A program made the translations under genes and the position numbers. Shown piece after piece: positions 8,782 to 17,513 of a stretch of DNA of 17,638 nucleotides (position 1 is its first letter; each line of letters opens with the position of its first letter). The stretch is from Methanoregula sp. (GTDB lineage: Archaea; Halobacteriota; Methanomicrobia; Methanomicrobiales; Methanospirillaceae): contig JBDKTL010000006.1 of NCBI GenBank assembly GCA_039698055.1, positions 1-17,638 of the forward strand, given 5' to 3'. The notes under the pieces were generated by a model. That model saw nothing but the letters and a program-made list of their open reading frames with translations. It had not been told where the DNA came from and did not search any database.

Positions 8782-10107
8782 TTACTTCCGGTTTTTGTAC
8801 TGCTCTGCCGCGTGGACAAACGATTGTGCAAATGCATCAGAGAAATACGCGTGGGTATACGATCCGATAGTATTACCGGCAATAAGTCCGTCCTGTCCAT
8901 TTTCGATTCCTTTTCCCCGCGAAAGCCTGAATGCGAATTCCGCATCACAATCCGGAATTACTTTTGAATAATGGAACTCGTGGCCGCGGATGTCCATGGA
9001 TGCCGGGAGAAATGTGCTGTTTTTTACACTCTGCCCGGACACATAGCCAAGCCCCTGGATTTTACCGGTCATTTCAGCGGAGGCAGGAAGGATACCGCAC
9101 ATGCGATACGACGTATCGGCTGCAATCTCCCGGGCGAGGTACATCAATCCCCCGCATTCGCCATACACCGGGAGCCCGGCCTCAGCCGCGTGTTCCAGCT
9201 GCCGGGTGCAGGGAGATGTACTCAGGGCATCAAGGTGCAGTTCCGGGTAGCCGCCGCCAAGATAGAGTGCATCGGTATCGGGCAACGGATCGTTCAAAGG
9301 ACTGAAAAAAACAAGCCGGGCGCCACAGGATCGCAACCGATCGAAATTATCCTCGTAATAAAAACAGAACGCGGGGTCCATTGCGATGCCAATGGTCACC
9401 TTTGCCGGCGGAAGGGAAACGGGTTGTGTGGCATGATGCACGTCCGGTGCAGTTCGGGCAGCTTCGATGATTGCATCCACATCGCAGAATTCCTCAATCA
9501 CTTCTCCGGTCCGGTGTCCGGCCTCCTGTTCATGTGCCATAAACAGGCCAAGGTGCCGGCTGTTTATGGCGATATCTTCGCGCCGGGGAATCCACCCGAA
9601 CGCGGGGACTCTTCCCGAAGATTCGATCATCTGCCGGTGCCGCTCGCTGCCAACCGCGTTCACGATCACGCCGCTGATATGAACCGAGGGATCAAAGGTA
9701 CAAAAGCCGTTGATGAGGGCGTGAATACTGCGGGACATTCCCCTCGCATGAACAACAAGAATCACCGGTGCCGATAGCAGGCTGGCAACATGGGCGGTAC
9801 TTGCCTGGTCCGATCCATCGACGCCATCGAACAGTCCCATGACCCCTTCGATGACCGCGATGTCGGCACCGCTGCACGCCCGGTTGAAAGTATCGGTAAC
9901 ACCATCTTCTCCCATCATGAAGGGGTCAAGATTCCGTGAGGGACGCCGGCAGATGCGGGTATGATGGGAAGGGTCGATAAAATCAGGGCCGACCTTAAAC
10001 GGCTGGACGGTCATCCCCCGCGCCGTGAGCGCTTCCATGATCCCGCTCGCAATGGTAGTCTTGCCACAACCGCTATGCGTTCCGGCGATAACGATGCAGG
10101 GGATCAT
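8782..10107 (-). CDS. cbiA: Cobyrinate a,c-diamide synthase
   Basis: AGTHSGCGKTT P-loop, FKVGPDFIDP, IEGVMGLFDG, SRHLGL, and GATase domain (GGGYPE, GECGG, GHEFHY). The paralogue CfbB (F430 pathway) cannot be strictly excluded. ATG at 10107 preferred. Confidence 0.88.
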   Translation of the reverse strand: MIPCIVIAGTHSGCGKTTIASGIMEALTARGMTVQPFKVGPDFIDPSHHTRICRRPSRNLDPFMMGEDGVTDTFNRACSGADIAVIEGVMGLFDGVDGSDQASTAHVASLLSAPVILVVHARGMSRSIHALINGFCTFDPSVHISGVIVNAVGSERHRQMIESSGRVPAFGWIPRREDIAINSRHLGLFMAHEQEAGHRTGEVIEEFCDVDAIIEAARTAPDVHHATQPVSLPPAKVTIGIAMDPAFCFYYEDNFDRLRSCGARLVFFSPLNDPLPDTDALYLGGGYPELHLDALSTSPCTRQLEHAAEAGLPVYGECGGLMYLAREIAADTSYRMCGILPASAEMTGKIQGLGYVSGQSVKNSTFLPASMDIRGHEFHYSKVIPDCDAEFAFRLSRGKGIENGQDGLIAGNTIGSYTHAYFSDAFAQSFVHAAEQYKNRK

Positions 10108-10271
10108 TCTCGGCAACCACCCTGCAACCGGGCGAAGATTCGGCTATGGCGATGGATAAATCCGGTGAAGATCTGCCATGGGCGTGAAGTCACGGCAGTC
10201 TTTTTTGCCAGCCATACGTTTGTGCGGTACATGGAATCATCATCAGACGGCGAGGGTATTACCGGATGCAC
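10104..10271 (-). CDS. Putative 55-aa small protein immediately upstream of cbiA
   Basis: GGTGA 4 nt before GTG (10271), open frame to a TGA that overlaps the cbiA ATG (ATGA). Below the length range shown in the ORF track. Confidence 0.35.
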   Translation of the reverse strand: MHPVIPSPSDDDSMYRTNVWLAKKTAVTSRPWQIFTGFIHRHSRIFARLQGGCRE

Positions 10272-10566
10272 GTGTTCACCCGGTTTTTATCGCGTCGCTA
10301 TTAATAATTGCGCATATGAACACAGGAGAAGAAGGGGGATAATATTTTCTCACATCAGTAAAAGGGCTGTTTCAGGTCCAATAAAATTAATTATGTGCAC
10401 CAGGGACAGTTCCATCCCATTTCCCGCCAATATCCCATCATACAGCGGTCTTTTTAAGACTGCATTGACAGTCCCCATATTTCACGCAATCGGGTTATGG
10501 CGCCCGTTTGAAAATGTTATCACCAGAAATTACGATATCCGGGTTGCCTGGCAAAAACCGGTGCGA

Positions 10567-10600
10567 TGGTGAATGAAAAACATTCACCAAAACAAAAAGA
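10567..10600 (-). terminator. Probable terminator of the S-layer-domain gene
   Basis: On the minus strand, a T-rich tract follows the stop directly, then a perfect 9-bp stem TGGTGAATG/CATTCACCA (10567-10575 / 10581-10589). Confidence 0.5.
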
Positions 10601-11896
10601 TCAGACCTGTTTTTTCCGATAATGAATCCCGATATAGATAAGACCGATAATGGCTGCAATAATGACCGTAAGGTATACGGGATTCGAGAGTATGCCTGCG
10701 ATACCACCCTGGTTTTCCACGTTGATGTTTACCTTCATCGGATCGGAAATATAGGTGTTATCAAGCGCATCCCGGTACCTGATTTCTGAGTCAAGCCCGT
10801 ATTCCTTGAGCGTTGCACTGCGCGACACGCTGATCTCGTACGTGGCGGTGGTGGATTCACCGGGATTGAGATCGCCAAGGTACGCAACATCGTTGCTGCT
10901 CGTGAAGGGATCGACCGCGCTGATACGGGCCTGTGCACTCACTACCGGTGTATCACCGGTATTTTTATAGACGATGGAAAGGATCTGTGTATTTCCCGGG
11001 TTCATACTGACCGGGGGCGAAACAATCTCAAAGTTTACCTTGCTACCCACCGGAATGCCAATCGTTACACTGCGGGAATTGACATCATCTCCTTCCAGGT
11101 TCTCATATGACACCATCACATCGACAGGATAGGTCTGTCGCTCTGCTTTCTGGGACACTGCAACCTTGTACAGGCAGTTCACCACACCGCCGGCAGGGAA
11201 ATCCCCGATATAGACACTGCTGTCGGTAGGCACAATGGGACTATCATCGTTCTGGGTAATTTTTATAATGGCTTTTTTGCCAGCTTCAGACCCAATATTT
11301 TTCACGGTCATGTTGATGTAGCCTTCAGAACCGGCATTCAGGTGCTCAGGTACCGCAGAGATCACATTAAGAGAGATATCCGGTTTTATAGTAATGGGGA
11401 TCGTTATTATCTGACTATCGTTCACGTAATAATTTCTCACGGTGTCAGCGCTCAGCTTGTCGGTGTTTGAAAGGGTACTGTAGGAGAGTTCAACCGGGAG
11501 CAGGTAGGTACCTCCACGGGCATCCGCATTGATCTTGGCAGTAAATACAGCAGTTACCGAACTTCCCCCGGCAAGATCCCCGACCGTTTGCGGATCAGAT
11601 TTTATCGTAACCGGGGCATCACCGGCCGACACCATTACAGAAAGATGTTTTGCCGTGTTGGGCAGATCATCGGGGGTGACAAGGTTTGACTGGACATACT
11701 TGTATTCATTCAGGCCATGGTTTTCAATGACGACATTCAGCTGGATATCATCACCCGGGCTGAATTCATTTGGACCAGACAGATATACTAAAAATTCCGG
11801 CGTTCCCGTAGTGTACTGCATTCCTGCTGATGCAGGGATACCCAGACAGACAAACAGGATCAGGAAAATAATTATGTGCTTATATATGGACATCAT
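10601..11896 (-). CDS. COG1361-like S-layer-domain membrane-anchored surface protein
   Basis: N-terminal signal peptide, three Ig-like modules (N.G ... VGDL/IGDF/LGDL ... Y.L.V...Y), SAVDPFTSSND.AYLGDL motif, and a C-terminal TM helix followed by RKK. Confidence 0.85.
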   Translation of the reverse strand: MMSIYKHIIIFLILFVCLGIPASAGMQYTTGTPEFLVYLSGPNEFSPGDDIQLNVVIENHGLNEYKYVQSNLVTPDDLPNTAKHLSVMVSAGDAPVTIKSDPQTVGDLAGGSSVTAVFTAKINADARGGTYLLPVELSYSTLSNTDKLSADTVRNYYVNDSQIITIPITIKPDISLNVISAVPEHLNAGSEGYINMTVKNIGSEAGKKAIIKITQNDDSPIVPTDSSVYIGDFPAGGVVNCLYKVAVSQKAERQTYPVDVMVSYENLEGDDVNSRSVTIGIPVGSKVNFEIVSPPVSMNPGNTQILSIVYKNTGDTPVVSAQARISAVDPFTSSNDVAYLGDLNPGESTTATYEISVSRSATLKEYGLDSEIRYRDALDNTYISDPMKVNINVENQGGIAGILSNPVYLTVIIAAIIGLIYIGIHYRKKQV

Positions 11897-12134
11897 CAGA
11901 ATAGATCTCCCACCAGTTTTTCTTAAAAAGTATCAGATAATTTGTATCTGGAAGTTATCTAACCTTTCTGTTGCTTGTTGTATCGGTGGAAACATTCCCT
12001 CTCACACCAGATTTTCTTTTATTCTGGAAATCTGCAGGGAAATGAGTATCGGTGGTGGAATTGCGAGAGTAGGGATGACATCCAAATCAGGATTCATTTG
12101 CCATACTTTTATATCATGAACTACCTACAGAAGA

Positions 12135-12923
12135 ATGATGAGACAGGCAATTCATAATATCGGGTTATTGATATTCATCATCCTGATATTAATTTCAGCG
12201 GGGTGTGTCACACCCCCAAAAGGAGGCCCATCTTCACCGGCACCGGGAAGTTCTTACTCGTACGAACAGACACCTCCCGCTACAACGACAACACCCAGTT
12301 ATGTAAATGCGGCGACCCCCTTTGGAACCCCGGTTCAGACAGAAACAAAATCCTCTTCAACAGGATACACGTCCATTACTCAATCGACCCCCTTACCCGG
12401 CGATCGGTCATGCCTGATTGCTCTTTCCACCAATACGTATGCATATAATAAAACCGCATTCAGTTTCAACCTCAAAAATCCCCCGATGTATATTAATTAC
12501 TCGGTTACGCCAACAAATACCACAATGCACAAGGTAGTTGAAGCGAATGATGGCACAGATAACATGAAGACCATAACATTTTCAGACTATAGCCCTGATT
12601 CGTGGTTTGAAGTGATCGCCCGTAATAAGACAACTGGAGAGATTTATACTGATGATGGATTTGGTACAGCAAAAGGACTGCGAACCTATACAGACGGCAC
12701 GATCAAGGTAATGAAACGGGATGATTTGCTCATCGAGTTCAGCGGTAATCTGATCACGGCAACTGCCGGAATATGGGTCAAACCTTCCGGGAATTTTGAT
12801 GACAAACAGATGCCAATCTTTACTGAATGCAAATACTGGGACACCACCCCCCGTAATGTGCTATACGTGGAGACTGCCACGACAACGCCAACATGGACAC
12901 CCTTTAACGAGGAGATACGATAA
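12135..12923 (+). CDS. Hypothetical secreted lipoprotein-like protein with a Pro/Thr/Ser-rich linker
   Basis: Hydrophobic leader ending in lipobox-like ISAGC, low-complexity P/T/S stretch, then a beta-rich globular domain. 262-aa ORF. Confidence 0.8.
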   Translation: MMRQAIHNIGLLIFIILILISAGCVTPPKGGPSSPAPGSSYSYEQTPPATTTTPSYVNAATPFGTPVQTETKSSSTGYTSITQSTPLPGDRSCLIALSTNTYAYNKTAFSFNLKNPPMYINYSVTPTNTTMHKVVEANDGTDNMKTITFSDYSPDSWFEVIARNKTTGEIYTDDGFGTAKGLRTYTDGTIKVMKRDDLLIEFSGNLITATAGIWVKPSGNFDDKQMPIFTECKYWDTTPRNVLYVETATTTPTWTPFNEEIR

Positions 12924-13011
12924 CCAGACACTTTTAGGTAAGTCCAATTTTTTTGTGTATTGTCTAAAAAACGCGGACATTTTTTAAGCTCACAATTACG
13001 GGACCGGTGAG

Positions 13012-13040
13012 ATATTTAAGCGATGAAAGTGATTTATGTA
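13012..13040 (+). promoter_or_regulatory. Candidate TATA element(s) for the tRNA gene
   Basis: ATATTTAA (13012-13019) and TTTATGTA (13033-13040) upstream of the tRNA 5' end. Confidence 0.35.
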
Positions 13041-13060
13041 AGGAAGTTATTTCAGCCAGT

Positions 13061-13132
13061 GTCCCGGTAGGGTAGTGGACATCCTAAAAGATTGCGGATC
13101 TTTTGACCCGGGTTCGAGTCCCGGCCGGGGCG
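13061..13132 (+). tRNA. tRNA-Arg (anticodon GCG), intronless, CCA not encoded
   Basis: Acceptor stem GTCCCGG/CCGGGGC, D-loop AGTGGAC, anticodon arm AAAGA-TTGCGGA-TCTTT (GCG at 13094-13096), T arm CCGGG-TTCGAGT-CCCGG, discriminator G. Confidence 0.96.
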
Positions 13133-13517
13133 TAGTGAAGTATGCGTCAAAATCTCGTTTTAACAGTGATTTATTCATTTTTTATCATGAATTTGTTAAA
13201 AAGATGTTGAGTGACGTTACTTAATACATTCCTGAGGTTTTTTTTAAAATGTCAGTTCGTGTTGTTGTGAACAAGAACGCAAACACACAAAAACCGGCCG
13301 TCAGAAACAGATATTATTGAAAAGATTATTTACCGGTCATCGTTATTCTTCGATGCTTTTTAAAAAGGTTGTTTGACAACAGTTACTGATTAGCCTGTTT
13401 TGTTTTTAAACCACGAAGTCGCAGGACTCATTGGTTTTCATCCGGAAGCCATGATAATCTGGGGAAAAATCCCCCTTGCAAAAATTACCTGTCGATTTTT
13501 CGCAACCCGGGTTCGTT

Positions 13518-13892
13518 TCAGTCATTCCTGATCGCCATCTCCACGGCGACCCTGAGTTGGCGATCATCAAATGGTTTGAGGAGGAAACCATCCGGGACAG
13601 TCCTTCTCGCTTGTTCGAGAATATTCATATCGTCATATCCGGTCATGTAGACGAATGGAATATCGGTATACGAGAGGAGATAATCCCCAATTACCAACCC
13701 CTCAAATTTTCCATGCAGTTCAATATCCACCAGAGCGAGGTCGGGTTTGCTTGTCAGGACACCGGTCACTGCGCTGGCTGCATTGTCCGCATGCCCGCAA
13801 ACCTGGTACCCGAGTTTTTTCAACCGGATATCCAACAAATCCGCAAGTTGTTCGTCATCCTCGATGTAAAAAATTTTCAGCGGGTAATTCAT
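13518..13892 (-). CDS. Single-domain response regulator (REC)
   Basis: IEDD acidic pocket, phosphoacceptor Asp in PDLALVDI, conserved Thr (YMTG) and KPF. No output domain. ATG at 13892 preferred. Confidence 0.92.
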   Translation of the reverse strand: MNYPLKIFYIEDDEQLADLLDIRLKKLGYQVCGHADNAASAVTGVLTSKPDLALVDIELHGKFEGLVIGDYLLSYTDIPFVYMTGYDDMNILEQARRTVPDGFLLKPFDDRQLRVAVEMAIRND

Positions 13893-14139
13893 GCCGCCCA
13901 CGGATAAATAATACCTGCTAGTATACAAATATTTGTTTAAAATTAAAATAGTATTTTTTGACGTTGTTGAGATGATAAGAGGCTGTGACCTGAGTATGAG
14001 AATAATTGGAGAAACAGCACCTTTGTCTTCCCTGCAGGATCAAAACGTTTGTCAAATAGAGAGAATGATATCGATAATTTTACAAAAAAAGGGTTATTTT
14101 GTCCGTTGTAAATCTACTCTCCGTATGAACTACGGCCGG

Positions 14140-16287
14140 TTAATCATAATCTTCAAACAGTGCCGGGTTCTGGCGGTGCAGCCACCATCGCCGGATAATC
14201 AGGATGCCGGAGGTGATACCAATACCGGCAAGGATTACCCCTGCAATGATTACACCGGAGAAACGTGTCCAGGGTGGGATCGGATATGGTTGTCCGGTTG
14301 GGGAAATCTGCATCGAAATGACATCAGCATACTCCGGTTGCACTGTATGGGGAGGTTCTGGAGAGATCAGAACTGTAGTAACCGGTGTGACTGGGGGGTA
14401 ATCCTGATAATCGCCCCGGCTGATCGCAAAGAACGAAAATCCCGGACTTTTCGAAGAATACAGGGCAAATCCGTTTTTTATCCCGGTCAATTGCGTCGGC
14501 AGGGCAGACCAGGTGTCGTCATCAAACCGGTATAACCGGATATCACCGGGAGAACAATGGTTAGCGTCAATAAATGAGAGGGGGACATCAAACCCGATCT
14601 CCGCAGACGTTATTGCCAGGTGCTGCGCCGGGCTGATGCCGATATACTGGTAGACCGGTATATCCGGTGCAGGTACCTCCCGTGGCAGCGCAGTGATTTT
14701 TGTTGCGGTAATGACCAGGTCCGGGACATCCTCAGCTGTGACCGTTACCTGAAGAATGGCTGAATCACCACCGGCATTCACGGTACGGGTCGTTAGTGAA
14801 CCTTGTGACTGAACCTCCGTAAGAACAGGGTACGGCACCTGAATGTTTACATCATCGCCAGATGATTCGAAGACCTCCAGCGAAGGAGGGGGTGTTGGCG
14901 CAGTTGTCGGGATGGTGGTAACCGGCGGATCTGACACGATAATGTATTCTGTCCGGCTCAGGGTATCTGCAACAGAAAAATTCTGCACGGTCAGGTTTAC
15001 CGTGAACTTTCCGGCAGTTGTATACATGTGGAGGGGATTTCTTGTCCCCGCCTGCGAGGTATTATACCATGTCCCGTCGCCAAACGACCAGTTCCAGCAC
15101 GAAGGCGATCCACCCGAAGATGAATCGGTGAACTGAACGATAATCGGGGTGACCCCGAGAATGGGGGTGGCAGAGAAGTTAAGGGACAGGGGAAGGTACC
15201 CGCGCGCGAATTTCAGGTCCTTATGCGTGACATCGTAATAACTGATAGAGGGATTTCCCGAGGAATCGAACGCCAGGGATGTATATTGCCCGACATTTGC
15301 GGAACTGTCAATTGTTTCGTTCTGCCATACGCCGCCGGATTTTGAAGCGTATTTGAGTGTGCCTTTTATTGCATCATAATAACTGACCGCCGGATTTCCT
15401 GCCGGGTCCAGCGCAAGCGATGCATAAATGCCACCCATACCGGTATTTCCCAGTCGTTCAATTTCCCATGAAGCACCATTCTGCACGGCATATTTCAGGG
15501 ACAGGTTCAGGGAATCATAATAACCGATGTGCGGTTTACCCGTTTTATCAAATGAGAGAGAGGTATATTTTCCCACTTCTCCGGTGGTGTCAACAGTTTG
15601 GATTTCCCAACCCGTACCATTCCAGAGAGCATATTTCAGATCCTTGTTTCCCGCATCATAGTAACTCATACCGGGATTACCGGCATTATCAAACGCAAGT
15701 GAGTTATATGCCCCGGCAATTCCGCTGTAATCCACATGATTTTTCTGCCAAATTGTTCCATCCCGGGCGGCGTAATTCAGGTTTCCGGAATTTAAATCAA
15801 AATAGCCAATTGAAGGATACCCTGATTTATTCATCTTAAGAGACGTACCGATACCAAAACCAACAGATGTGTCCACAATTTCCCGTTTCCATACCGTCCC
15901 GTCCCATGACGCGAATTTCAGGGTCGAGCCGGTGATATTGTAATAACTGATATGGGGGTTGCCCGATATATCCACCGCGATGGATGACCCTTTTCCAATT
16001 GTCATCGGTGTGTTCTTGTCAATGGTTGTGGTATACCATATACTGCTATTTCTCACCGCATATTTCAGGGAAAGATTTACAGCATCGTAATAACTGATGT
16101 GCGGTCTTCCCATTGTGTCCAGCGTAAGCGAACTGTACTCGCCAACATTGCCAACAGCATCGGCCGTTTCATCTGACCAGTCCATGGCCGTGCCCATACC
16201 ACAAGTAATGAGTGCAAAACAGATGAGTGCCGGGATATATCGTGTGCCACGCAATAGATTTCTCCGTGGATGCAGAATACCAGTCAA
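14140..16287 (-). CDS. Cell-surface protein: signal peptide, 7-repeat beta-propeller, PKD domain, PGF-pre-PGF domain, C-terminal TM anchor
   Basis: Seven ~47-aa repeats (W...D..G..G.Y.SL..D..G.P.ISYYD....LKYA), PKD motif (FTDSS.G.P..W.WSFGDG...NP.H.Y...G.FTV.LTV), P/T linker, SPGFSFFAI motif, TM helix and basic tail. The start codon (TTG) is uncertain. Confidence 0.88.
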   Translation of the reverse strand: MTGILHPRRNLLRGTRYIPALICFALITCGMGTAMDWSDETADAVGNVGEYSSLTLDTMGRPHISYYDAVNLSLKYAVRNSSIWYTTTIDKNTPMTIGKGSSIAVDISGNPHISYYNITGSTLKFASWDGTVWKREIVDTSVGFGIGTSLKMNKSGYPSIGYFDLNSGNLNYAARDGTIWQKNHVDYSGIAGAYNSLAFDNAGNPGMSYYDAGNKDLKYALWNGTGWEIQTVDTTGEVGKYTSLSFDKTGKPHIGYYDSLNLSLKYAVQNGASWEIERLGNTGMGGIYASLALDPAGNPAVSYYDAIKGTLKYASKSGGVWQNETIDSSANVGQYTSLAFDSSGNPSISYYDVTHKDLKFARGYLPLSLNFSATPILGVTPIIVQFTDSSSGGSPSCWNWSFGDGTWYNTSQAGTRNPLHMYTTAGKFTVNLTVQNFSVADTLSRTEYIIVSDPPVTTIPTTAPTPPPSLEVFESSGDDVNIQVPYPVLTEVQSQGSLTTRTVNAGGDSAILQVTVTAEDVPDLVITATKITALPREVPAPDIPVYQYIGISPAQHLAITSAEIGFDVPLSFIDANHCSPGDIRLYRFDDDTWSALPTQLTGIKNGFALYSSKSPGFSFFAISRGDYQDYPPVTPVTTVLISPEPPHTVQPEYADVISMQISPTGQPYPIPPWTRFSGVIIAGVILAGIGITSGILIIRRWWLHRQNPALFEDYD

Positions 16288-16772
16288 AGCGAAGCTGCGG
16301 GATCATCCCGTCAACTGATAAATGAGTGAATTTCCCCATCAACCGATAATAACCAGTATATTTTTAACGTAGGGGAAGTTCTCATTTAAGAATGCCGATT
16401 TGCAATTATGGGTAGTCCTGTTGAATTCCTAAAGTCTGAAAGGAAAATGTGGATGCTTGTGTTTTCACATTTATGATCGCTAAAAAGAGTTCCTCAGGTT
16501 TTATATTAAAGAAATATTCTGGATAAATTATTTAATCCACGAAAAAATATCAGGCAATTTCTTACTTGAAAGCACCAAAATAGACAAATAATATACTTAC
16601 GGGGGCATACCTTCATGGATTGTGCCAGGGAATTACCAGTTTTTTGTATTGTTGAAATTTTTTTCTTATTTGGGTCGTTCGTGCATTGCTGGCAGATGGG
16701 TACAAGGAAATTATGCTTATGTTTTTACACACTTAATGAACCGTTTGGACAGGTATCATTATTAAATAGTGG

Positions 16773-16781
16773 ATATATAAA
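16773..16781 (+). promoter_or_regulatory. Candidate TATA box of the archaellin gene
   Basis: ATATATAAA about 110 nt upstream of ATG 16891. An SD-like GAGGT lies at 16879-16883. Confidence 0.4.
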
Positions 16782-16890
16782 CAAAGAATATGATACGCGA
16801 TACGCTGTTCCGGCCCGGTCTGCTTCAGGCACTACCCGGTGGGATTGACCGCAGGCTCGTGATATGAGGCATACCAATGAGGTTGAAGAA

Positions 16891-17466
16891 ATGAAAAATC
16901 CTTACTCGTATGATGCATTTACCGGACTTGAAGCAGCCATCGTACTTATCGCCTTTGTGGTAGTTGCGGCGGTATTCGCGTACGTGGTGCTCGGTGCCGG
17001 GTTCTTCACAACCCAGAAGGCACAGGAGACCGTGCATTCGGGTGTAATGCAAACCACTTCGGCATTACAGCCAGCTGGAGCGGTCAGTATAAAAGCCGCC
17101 GACTCAACCACCGTAGGTAACATTTCATTTTACCTCCAGCTTGCTGCCGGCGGCAACGGTGTTGACATGGCCCTGACAACCTATACGATCTCCACCTCAA
17201 AACGGGTGAGTGCCTTTACAAATCAGGATGTTAATTATACGTGGGTTAAACAGAACACACCGGTAGATCCCAATCAGGATCAGCATAACGGAGCGCTGCA
17301 TAATCGCGAGATGGTTCTCGTCGAAATAAATCCCGGGTTTGGAAACGATATGACACTCAATGATCAGTTTATTATTGAAGTGAAACCACCTGTCGGTGCA
17401 GCGCTTCCCATTACGAGAACAGTTCCCGGGGGAATGACCTCAGGCGTATGGTATGAAGTATACTGA
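16891..17466 (+). CDS. flaB: Archaellin (archaeal flagellin)
   Basis: Class III signal peptide followed by FTGLEAAIVLIAFVVVAAVFAYVVLGAGFFTTQK, and C-terminal F.IEVKPP.GA.L.I.RT.P. ATG 16891 has an SD-like sequence and gives a typically short leader. Confidence 0.93.
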   Translation: MKNPYSYDAFTGLEAAIVLIAFVVVAAVFAYVVLGAGFFTTQKAQETVHSGVMQTTSALQPAGAVSIKAADSTTVGNISFYLQLAAGGNGVDMALTTYTISTSKRVSAFTNQDVNYTWVKQNTPVDPNQDQHNGALHNREMVLVEINPGFGNDMTLNDQFIIEVKPPVGAALPITRTVPGGMTSGVWYEVY

Positions 17467-17475
17467 TAAAGGGAA

Positions 17476-17510
17476 TTTTTGGTAGCGTATTTTTTTGCTA
17501 CCTGATTTTT
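17476..17510 (+). terminator. Probable terminator after the archaellin gene
   Basis: Several oligo-T tracts and a GGTAGC/GCTACC stem (17481-17486 / 17497-17502). Confidence 0.5.
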
Positions 17511-17513
17511 GAT

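Noticed and set aside
10300-10560. Cobalamin riboswitch upstream of cbiA
   Set aside because: Only scattered short words match. The B12-box and the GCCACTG/GGGAAG core are absent.
9961-10572. 203-aa plus-strand ORF
   Set aside because: It overlaps cbiA antisense, mirrors the frame of the minus-strand small ORF, and has no recognisable domain.
13061-13517. tRNA-Arg as the integration site of a genomic island
   Set aside because: I found no duplicated tRNA 3' end and no integrase in the window.
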